Origin: Octopus vulgaris | Lineage: Eukaryota | Direction of reading: 5' to 3' | DNA: 64,000 bases | Assembly (NCBI GenBank): GCA_951406725.2 | Contig: OX597832.1 | Location: forward strand, 70,928,001 to 70,992,000 | Shown: one piece after another, positions 54,790 through 64,000 of the stretch | Numbering within the stretch: the stretch's first letter is position 1 | How the letters are laid out: every line of letters begins with the position of its first letter | Program-made: the position numbers and the translations under genes | The notes under the pieces: generated by a model | Database searches by the model: none | Seen by the model: only the letters and a program-made list of their open reading frames with translations | Told to the model about the DNA's origin: nothing

Positions 54790-55200
54790 GGGTGCAAACA
54801 GCTGCCATGTAACTGTCCTCTAGACGCTAACTGTCTGGCAAAATCGATGTATACAGCGCTAAGATTGAATCAAACAGCAGAGACGAACTCAAACGGAACT
54901 CACATTCAAAAGGCACTATTACTAGCACAAATATTCATTTGTCAGCCCCGATAAAAAATCGCTACGGCTTTGTTGAAGTTTATATGGCGCTTGCGTAAGA
55001 CAAGTTTTCGTGAATTCCAGATTATCTAGTCTATTGTAGAAAGTGCTCAACCATACAGGATGGGATCTTCAAATCAGAATGCGATGTGACCTTTAAGCGA
55101 AAAGTTGAGAATTTTTACTAAGTTTGAAAACAGAGCTGAACTGTTAGTGCCTCGTATGCAAGCGACTAAGTATAACTTATGTAAATACAAACCTCTTTGA
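54790..55200 (+). pseudogene. Penelope-like GIY-YIG endonuclease remnant
   Basis: CNCPLDANCLAKS, TELTFKRHY, HKYSF, ATALLKFIWRLR, SIVESAQPY, EKLRI, NRAEL. Confidence 0.75.
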
Positions 55201-56467
55201 ATTTTGTTCTGTTTCTAAAATAACATTGATTTCGAAATGGCTACTTAATGTTTTATTGATGTATGTTTTAATTTATGAGGGTCTATGTGTTGGTATGTGT
55301 ATATGTGAGCAGACATAAATATTTCTGTGTATATATGTGTGTATCAGTGTGCATATGTGTATATGTATGCGTCGGCAGGGGCGCATGCAAAATGAATGCA
55401 TACACGTTCATTGTCTTTAAAAACATTTATTAAATGTATTAAATAAAAATATTATTTTAAACCATTGCTTAAACGGCAACGCAATTTCATGACTTCGCTC
55501 GAATGAAATTTAAGACTTTTATAATAATATGATCACGAGAACTAGAAATGAAATCAAAGGCGTGAGCTTGAAGCAGCCATATTTGCACCTGTCCTTCACG
55601 TAGGTTTCTTAAAAGAAAGAACATTAAGACAAAAATTTACCAAAAGATGATCTAAAGCGAGCAACTCTGAGTGCTGGAAATCGGAGAGTTTCGGTCATAA
55701 TTATATTAAAGAATTCTGTTAAGGAATACTTTGCATTTGTATTGAGTTCTGTGATTTATTGCTTCCGGTGAATCAACAGATATTTATACATACACACTCA
55801 TACTTACGTACACACACATAAGCATACATACACACACGCACATACATGCATACATATATGTATGTATGTTTGTATTATGTATCTATATCTATCCTAAGTG
55901 TGTGTGGGTGCGCGGATGCATATGTGCACGCATGGATAGATGCATGGTTGGATGGATGGATGGATAGATGGATGGATGGAAGGTAGAGCGACTAGTATAT
56001 TTGCAACGCTACAGACAGTGTTCTTTTTAGAAATCAAATGAGCCTCTGTCTGCAAAACATTGAGAAGACGAGTCCTAGGAAGTCTTGATGTGTTAATAAA
56101 CTACACATAAACGATTGAAGTTCTATGGAAAATCTTGTTCTCAGCATAAATGCGTAGAATTATACTCGCACGCACTTACACACACACACACACACATCAA
56201 CACAGACACACACACACATCAACACAGACACACACACACACTTACACGCACACATACACACACATACATACACATACACACGTACGTATGTATGTATATA
56301 TATATACATAGATGCATAGAGATGTCTGTATGTATATACCGATATATAAATATATATACATGTGTATATATATGCATGTAAGCGTGTTTGTACGAATATG
56401 TGTATAAATTTATGTACGCATGTAGAAAATTAAATATAGCTATACGCTTATAGAGGCGCGCGCGCGT

Positions 56468-56509
<42 letters not shown>

Positions 56510-57692
56510 ACACATACACATACTCACAAAGTGAGGGAATGAGTGAGTGTTTTGTAACTTACTTCCAAAGACATCAAATGATATATTTGTTATCCGAAAA
56601 GTCTTAATGGAGTGGAAGAAGTACTTTTACATGCTGTTTATGCATTATATGTGTGTGTATGTATGTGTGTGTGAGTGTGTGTGTATATATATATACATAT
56701 GCATATATATATATGTTTGTGTGTGTGTATGTGTGTGTGTGTGTGTGTGTATACCTATTATATATATAGTATCACATAATATCGATTAATTATTAAACGC
56801 CACGTGACTTTATTGATGAAAAGGTTTTTGTTCTGCAAGAAAATATGTTTGAATAATTAAATATATAGGTTAATTACAAAACTATAATAATATAAACGGT
56901 AGCAGCTTATTGCATCAATCCATTGATCTTTATTATTGATCATCTTATTGAGGGAAAACCTTTGTATCCCCTATTTATATGCCAAAAATTTCTGGAGATT
57001 TTCTTCATATTTACCGGTGAAATAACTTCGAGCTCTTTACCTTCCGTGTTCAGATCCCACCGAAGTCAACTTTGCATTTCATCCCATAGAGATTGATAAA
57101 ATTGCTGTTCCTCACCAGCATTTATCTGGTCAAATAGATTCCAGAACATTATCGAACGTGTCCTTTCCTAAAATGTTAGGGTGTGATTTAAGCGATATTT
57201 AGCTGCTTTATCTAGCAGAGCCAATGACCATATAGAATCTCCCACGTTAGCTCTCGTCTGATTGGTTTTTTAAGCAGGTTCAACGATGATCTGGAAGCTT
57301 CCATATGACTGGAGGAAGAGAGGGGGTGGGAGAGAAAGAATGAAAGAAAGAAAGAAAGAAAGAGAAATCACTTTGACATTAGGTGTGTTTCCACATGTTG
57401 AGTTCGTTTCACGACATCATTCATTTATTTTATTTCAGTTTATTTCATTTTATTTCCATCTTGCCAGACTTCGCAAGTGTCATTCGTAAATTCAATTTCC
57501 TGTGTGAAGAGAATCAAAGTTGAAACATGCTCCATGATGTCTCTTTTATTTCTTTTTTTTTTCTTTTTTTCATTTTTTTCATTTTTTTTTTCTTTTTAAT
57601 CATTAAACGAATTATACACTCTTAAGCGAGGTGAATAATTTTTATAATCCGCCTCTGAACAATATGGAAACACTCACGCGCATGCATACACG

Positions 57693-57725
<33 letters not shown>

Positions 57726-57767
57726 GCACACACATATATATATATATCTGTATACATAGTAGATACA

Positions 57768-57802
<35 letters not shown>

Positions 57803-57809
57803 TAGCATT

Positions 57810-59162
57810 ATGATATTCTCCATACGCCAACTTCAGGAGAAGTCCAGAGAGCAGAAAATGCCATTATATATGGCCTTCATTGATCTGACAAAGGCCTTTG
57901 ACTCGATAAGTAGAAAAGGCCTCTTCATCCTGCTCCAAAAAATCGGATGTCCACCAAAGCTGCTGAGGATCATCAAGTCTTTCCATGATGATATGCAAGG
58001 CACCATACAGCACAATGGTTCAACATCAGCCGCCTTCCAAATAAAAAACGGGGTAAAGCAAGGTTGTGACCTCGCTCCTACATTATTTGGCATCTTCTTC
58101 TCGCTCTTGCTCTCACATGCCTTTCAGACATCAAATGATGGAGTGTTTCTGCACAGTAGAAGTGACGAGAAACTGTTCAACCTCTCGCGCCTGCGTGCCA
58201 AGACCAAAATCAGAAGCGTCCTGATCAAGGAGATGCTATTTGCTGATGATGCCGCTCTGGTATCACAAAGGCTCATCAACTGTTTTGAGCAAGCATGTAA
58301 CGAATTTGGCTTAGCTATCAGCCTCAAGAAGACCAATATCATGGGTCAGGCTACATCGAACATCCCAAACATACATATTGGAGACCTCAGATTACAGGAG
58401 GTGGAGAAGTTTACCTATCTTGGCTCTATCGTCACCTACAACCTATCTCTTGATGCTGAGCTCAATATACGCATTTGCAAGGCAGCTGCTGCGATGGCCC
58501 AACTCTCCAAACGGGCATGGGACAACAATAAGCTGACCAAGACCACGAAAATGAAGATCTACCAGGCATGTGTACTTAGCACTCTACTGTATGGAAGTGA
58601 GACTTGGACGCCATACACACGCCAAGAGCGTCGCCTAAACATCTTTCACCTGCGCTGCCTCCGGAAAATCCTTCGCATCAAATGGCAGAATCATATCCCC
58701 AACAAAGATGTCCTCAAGCAAGCAGGAATACCAAGCATGTTTGCACTCCTTACACAAAGACGTATGAGATGGCTTGGGCATGTTAGCCGTATGAAAGATA
58801 GGAGAATCCCCAAGGACATACTCTACGGAGAGCTTGCTAGGGGTACTAGGTCTGTGGGTAGACCGTTCTTACGTTACAAGGATGTTTGCAAAAGGGACAT
58901 GAAGGCCTGCAACATCAATATTAGCAATTGGGAAGCAGTTGCCAGCAACCGTGGAGACTGGCAACGTAACGTAAAAGAGGTAATACAAAGGACTGACAGA
59001 GAGAGGGAGGAGAAATGGAAAGGCAAGAAAAGACGTCAACAAGAAAGTATAACATTACAACCAGCCAGGCAAAGTCTTCGCTACATTTGCGGCACCTGCC
59101 AGAGGGAGTGTTTGTCCAGGATAGGACTACACAGCCACAGCAGGAAATGTATTAGGACATGA
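57810..59162 (+). CDS. RTE LINE ORF, C-terminal part (RT domains and C-terminal Zn finger), uninterrupted
   Basis: FIDLTKAFDS, GVKQGCDLAPTLF, LFADD, FTYLGS, LLYGSETW, RWLGHV, CGTC..ECLSRIGLHSH. N-terminally truncated. Confidence 0.85.
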   Translation: MIFSIRQLQEKSREQKMPLYMAFIDLTKAFDSISRKGLFILLQKIGCPPKLLRIIKSFHDDMQGTIQHNGSTSAAFQIKNGVKQGCDLAPTLFGIFFSLLLSHAFQTSNDGVFLHSRSDEKLFNLSRLRAKTKIRSVLIKEMLFADDAALVSQRLINCFEQACNEFGLAISLKKTNIMGQATSNIPNIHIGDLRLQEVEKFTYLGSIVTYNLSLDAELNIRICKAAAAMAQLSKRAWDNNKLTKTTKMKIYQACVLSTLLYGSETWTPYTRQERRLNIFHLRCLRKILRIKWQNHIPNKDVLKQAGIPSMFALLTQRRMRWLGHVSRMKDRRIPKDILYGELARGTRSVGRPFLRYKDVCKRDMKACNINISNWEAVASNRGDWQRNVKEVIQRTDREREEKWKGKKRRQQESITLQPARQSLRYICGTCQRECLSRIGLHSHSRKCIRT

Positions 59163-59233
59163 AATGTAAAAGCCGGACTAAACTATTCTATGCGCAACTC
59201 CATTGTCTCCCGAGACAAAAAGGATGCCAACCA
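57814..59233 (+). mobile_element. 5'-truncated RTE-clade (BovB-like) LINE with ~21-bp TSD
   Basis: TSD atatatatactagcattatga at 57793-57813 and 59234-59254. The short 3' UTR ends ggatgccaaccaa. Confidence 0.92.
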
Positions 59234-59242
59234 ATATATATA

Positions 59243-60845
59243 CTAGCATTATGACCCGGCGTTGCCGGGTCATAGTCCTAGTGCATGTATATATGTGTAT
59301 ATATATGTGTACATATTACATGTACATCTATATGTATATACATCTACACATAAAATACAAAATACAAAGTTATATCTTGATATCGCTAGTGATAACGATA
59401 CTCAAAATATATAACAGACTGGAATTGCAGGCCCGTCTCTTGCAATTTCGATCAATTGTATCTTTCCTCCCTCTTGTATAGAAGTGCGGCTACAATCCAG
59501 CCTACCTCTACTTCTGGGAGGACATTTTTAATTTTTATCCGGGACATCCTACGTCCCAGATATAAAGGTAAAAATAAAATATTTCCACTTTGCAAGGTTC
59601 GAGTCGAGTACTCCCTTGCACGCTCCGTTGATTCGAACCTTGCTTCTATTGTGGCGAAGTTACCGCCTCTGGTTAGATACTTGATATATTTCATAGTCGC
59701 ACCAAGACACGTTTCGATGGTGCTTTCCTCCAGGTGTTCAAATCTTTATAGACAATAGTCTTTCTTTAATTTAATTTTTTTATTTCGTTTGGTGATGTTA
59801 TCCTAGATTCACCGTCTTTGTCGGTGATCAATCCGAAATAGGTTTGTATTTCTTCCATTTTAATGTTAATGAGTTCGCGCCCGCTGACGGCTGCAGTGAA
59901 ATTCATTTTTGGACTTTCTTCTATCGAAGGCATTCTAACAAAAATGCTTCCGTATAAACGGTGAAAATATTGTCAATTTCCCCAAACAGGGGAATTTTTA
60001 AACAATAACCAACGCTCCATCTCCCAAGGAGGGAGGGTTACAGTTTACAATTATTTAACAAATGCAACACAACAACGTTTCCCTTACGAGGAACCGACAA
60101 ACGTAATAACAATAGTTAAACAGTAATAATAATAACAACAAACCTTACGGTGAATCAAAAAGCAGTACGCAGTTGAAGCTATAGTCCTTTATGTATAAGA
60201 AATAAACCAACAGCACTACTCTGTAGAAGCGGCTGTTCAAGAAAATAGACATTACATACAGCCAAACTTCATATAGATACTTAATGCTAGCTAATTAGCG
60301 GATAATCTAATGTAAAAGCCGTGGTAAATGGTATGTGAACAGCTCCATCTGGACTATTCCATTTCTGCACACTAATTTTATTTTTTATTTATTCCCATTC
60401 ATGTGAAACCACTTATTCAAGTTCAAGTCATTGATGCAATTTTATACCAATTGCTATTTTTACTTTTGTTATGCTACGATTATATTATACTTTAGTTTGA
60501 TTTTAATTATTACTTACTACATATAATTCAATTGTTATTATTATCTCTAATTTTTATTGTTAAAGTGAAAGTATATGACATAAAATAGAGAAATGTTTTT
60601 GTTTCACTTTTAACACGTAATACTGAAATAGTGGAGAAGATATGATATTGCTATGGGCTCGCCCAAGGCAAGAAGTTGAACATTTTTATGGCCATGAAAC
60701 TACATGGACCCTAAGTAAGGCATGTGTAAAATTTGAATGAAATTGGTCGTGTAGTTCTCAAGTTTTAGGGAAACACACAGACAGACACACACACACACAC
60801 ACACATACATTCACAGTCACACACACACACATACATATCTCAGTC

Positions 60846-60860
<15 letters not shown>
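59243..60860 (-). mobile_element. Non-autonomous Helitron copy 5
   Basis: CTAG plus hairpin at 59243-59281. The body is the reverse complement of copies 1 and 4. The 5' end is blurred by microsatellite. Confidence 0.9.
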
Positions 60861-60907
<47 letters not shown>

Positions 60908-60964
60908 ATATACATGTATATACATATAAATTGATCAAAATAAAAACATGATGCCAAGGATTCA

Positions 60965-61042
60965 GCGGTACATATGTTTCGGGCCTTTATTAGACAGATT
61001 TATAACAATGCATAATGTATGTCTGTGGCCTTCTTCAGCCGC
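60965..61042 (-). ncRNA. Type I hammerhead ribozyme (inverted copy)
   Basis: Reverse complement of 62273-62350. Confidence 0.8.
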
Positions 61043-62272
61043 GCACAACAGCTTCCACAAGGACATGTGTTACATCAAAAATTCTTGGTTGGGGATGCAA
61101 ATCCTCTCATTCGCGTACGACATAATGCGGCAACAGCATAGAATTGAAGCGTCCATCTCTTTCTTCTCTCAATGTAGAATGAGGAAATTATATACCTATA
61201 CGCGCGTATGTCTCTGTGTGTGTATGTAAGTGTATATGTGCACGCACATATGGACACACAGCCGTGTGTGCGTGCACGTGTAGACGTGAGTGCGTGATTC
61301 TTTACATGCGTTCTTATATACATCCTTTAATATCTTATATCTAAACCTGGACGTGTGGGCATCTGTGTATGTGTATGTAAGGATGGACGTACGTATGTAT
61401 ATATGGGTGTGTACACGTATAATGTCCGTGTATATATGCGCATATTCTGTTGTATGTATGTATATATGCGCATGTGTGTGGGTGTATATGTGTTTATGTA
61501 CATGTTTACACGTGAGTGCGTATGTATGCTTATATGCTTGGAGCTGTGTATGCGCGCGTATATCTGCGCGTGTATATGGGTGTATGTATCCATGCTGGTA
61601 TGTATGTACAAGATGACCACTTAATTCAAAGAACTAGATTAACCGCTCAACAGCTCTGATTTACAATACACTAGATCCCCAGACGCCCCTGTTGATTTAT
61701 TGACACCCAAAGCTTCTACAACTAAATTTTGTCAATTTCCTGACCACCATGTTTGGTCCGTAACCTCTATACATCCCTTATCTTTATATTTTTTTTACAT
61801 TTTTTTACATTTTTATCATTTTTATTCCTATTTTTATTTTTTTACTTTTATTTCTATTTCTATTTTTACTTTATAACCTTATGCCTTTATATTCATTTAT
61901 ATTTTTTTATATTCTTTATATCCCCTTTATATCTCCTTATATCTCTTTATATCTTTATACTCTACATTTTTATATTTTTCTATACTTACACTTTTTATAT
62001 ATTTTTTATCCTTCGTCCTGAATTCTCGCCCCTCCATCTTTACCCCTATTTACTCTTATTACCAGGTTCCTTCACGTCTATATATGTATTTATTTATTAA
62101 TTTATTTACATTACTTCAACATCCAAATTTCCTCATTCTACATTGAGAGAAGAAAGAGGTGGACGCTTCAATTCTATGCTGTTGCCGCATTATGTCGTAC
62201 GCGAATGAGAGGATTTGCATCCCCAACCAAGAATTTTTGATGTAACACATGTCCTTGTGGAAGCTGTTGTGC

Positions 62273-62350
62273 GCGGCTGAAGAAGGCCACAGACATACAT
62301 TATGCATTGTTATAAATCTGTCTAATAAAGGCCCGAAACATATGTACCGC
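62273..62350 (+). ncRNA. Type I hammerhead ribozyme with long stem II
   Basis: GCGG-CTGAAGA-AGGCC-acaga...tctgt..-GGCCC-GAAA-CATATG-TA-CCGC. Confidence 0.8.
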
Positions 62351-63165
62351 TGAATCCTTGGCATCATGTTTTTATTTTGATCAAGTTACTCCACCACCTA
62401 CACCACCAAACGGTATACACAGGTGCTTATAATTATCAAGTACTCACCCCGAATTTCTGTATATACATATATATATATACACACACGCATATATATATAT
62501 GCATATTTTTGTTAATATGTATGTATCTATCTATCAATCTATAGATACATATGTATATGTGTGTGTTTGTATCATGTTCTGGTGTACCAGCCTGCCCCCT
62601 CCGGGTTTTATATAGAGCCTTTTATAACTACGCGTGGACAGAGGCTAGAAATTGTAACAGTATTCAATTCTTTAGGAGGTGCTTCGAGCACTACCGGTCT
62701 TGGGGATGAAACTTCGTATAGAATCAACAGAGTTGATGGTTCCTTTGGTGGATTTGGCGGACGAGTCTAATCGCGCATGATGTGTCTCTCCAATCTGGAG
62801 TTGGGATTTGTTGCTATAGGGAGATGAGACATGGGTTGTTTGTCGTGGGCATTTAGGACATTTGGAACGTTATCGTCGGTGTTGTCTTGAGAGAATTCTT
62901 GAGATAGGTTGGAGGGTAGCGATCGGTGATGTGGGGATGATTGGCAGAGGTGGTGGAGGTGTGGAGTCGATAGTTGTTTAGTGAGTGGGATTGACTCAGT
63001 GCACAGCCTTTCTTCACTTTAAAAAAATCTTCTTGCACAGGCATTGCACGATAACAACATTGATTAAGCTTCGTGCAATGGCCATACTCGATAACGAGGG
63101 GGCAGTCACCATGTATGTATGTATGTATGTATGTATGTATGTATGTATGTATGTATGTATGTATG

Positions 63166-63196
<31 letters not shown>

Positions 63197-64000
63197 GTAT
63201 GTATGTATATTTATGTACAAGTAAAGAGGATGGCGGTTTCACGATGGTGTAAAACGCAAATAAACGAACAAGAGAACGCTTGTCAGTGCTGCTGTGTGAA
63301 GTGGAATAACGTGTCTGATGTATTTCAAACGGAGATGAGTTGAGTTGTTAGCGAAGATGCGAAAGGAATGAGAAACACTAACGAGTGACTCATTCAGACT
63401 CAGTATCAAATATACATGCACACACACATACACACACATATACTTGTGTGTGTATGTATATATGTGTATATGTATATATGTACTATATATACACACATAT
63501 ATACATGCATGTGCGTGTGTATGTGTCTGTCAGTCTCTCTCTTTCCCTCTGTGTATGCATGTTATGTACGTATCTTTCTGAATATAGATTGATAGACAGA
63601 TGTGTAGTAAAACAGACGGAGAGGCAGATCGAGACACACGGACAGACATAGCACAGAATGTTTTATTTTTCAGAGCTGAAATGATTATGTCAGAATGTAA
63701 AGTGGTGGTGTGAGAGGTCTAACAGAAGGAATTCTCTTCAATATGAAGAACATCTTTAAGACATTTTATTTAATTAATCAGCGCCTTCCCTTCATTCTCT
63801 TCCAGTTTCTCCCATCATAATTTCTTTATTAATCTTATTATGTCGAACAAGATGCTTTTTTTTCGATTTGCGTTGTGCTTTTTAATGGCATCCAATTTTA
63901 GTGTGTGTGTGTTTATGTGTGCATGCTGTGTTGGCAGTAATGTATGGTATTACCTGATAGCCACGTGATGGGAACGTACTGGGATCATTGCGTTGCTTCA

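Larger units (their letters stand above)
60931..62460. mobile_element. PLE-like 3' end with inverted pLTR (259-bp arms 60931-61189 / 62126-62384)
   Basis: The arms are near identical (the ORF track gives the same peptide on both strands). A T-rich UTR lies at 61770-62110, and the element ends in TA repeats. Confidence 0.85.

Noticed and set aside
55474-55586. Possible HHR downstream of the GIY-YIG remnant
   Set aside because: Too many core mismatches to call, although the position is plausible.
62550-63110. Possible gag/ORF1 zinc-knuckle remnant on the minus strand (CPLVIEYGHC)
   Set aside because: The CCHC spacing is incomplete, so it cannot be supported without a search.

Overview
AT-rich, microsatellite-dense animal DNA, intergenic or intronic. 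The SINE families and repeat texture suggest an octopod cephalopod, which is an inference. No host gene can be called with confidence, and most ORFs in the track are microsatellite artefacts. The window is a mosaic of mobile DNA. It holds a 6.9-kb decayed autonomous Helitron (RepHel), five copies of a non-autonomous Helitron carrying a captured LINE-ORF1-like fragment and a palindromic 3' end, and a young 5'-truncated RTE LINE inserted into a Helitron terminus. It also has a CR1-group LINE with a nested SINE, Penelope-like (PLE) RT and GIY-YIG remnants, a probable Merlin remnant and three SINE-like families. The most striking signal is about nine well-formed and six degenerate type I hammerhead ribozyme (HHR) motifs from several unrelated families. 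They sit mostly in short ORF-less foldback or terminally redundant elements embedded in (TA)n tracts (PLE pLTR / retrozyme-like). One family has a compensatory G3-C8 swap in the catalytic core. Coordinates were read by eye, and the ends of degenerate elements are approximate.
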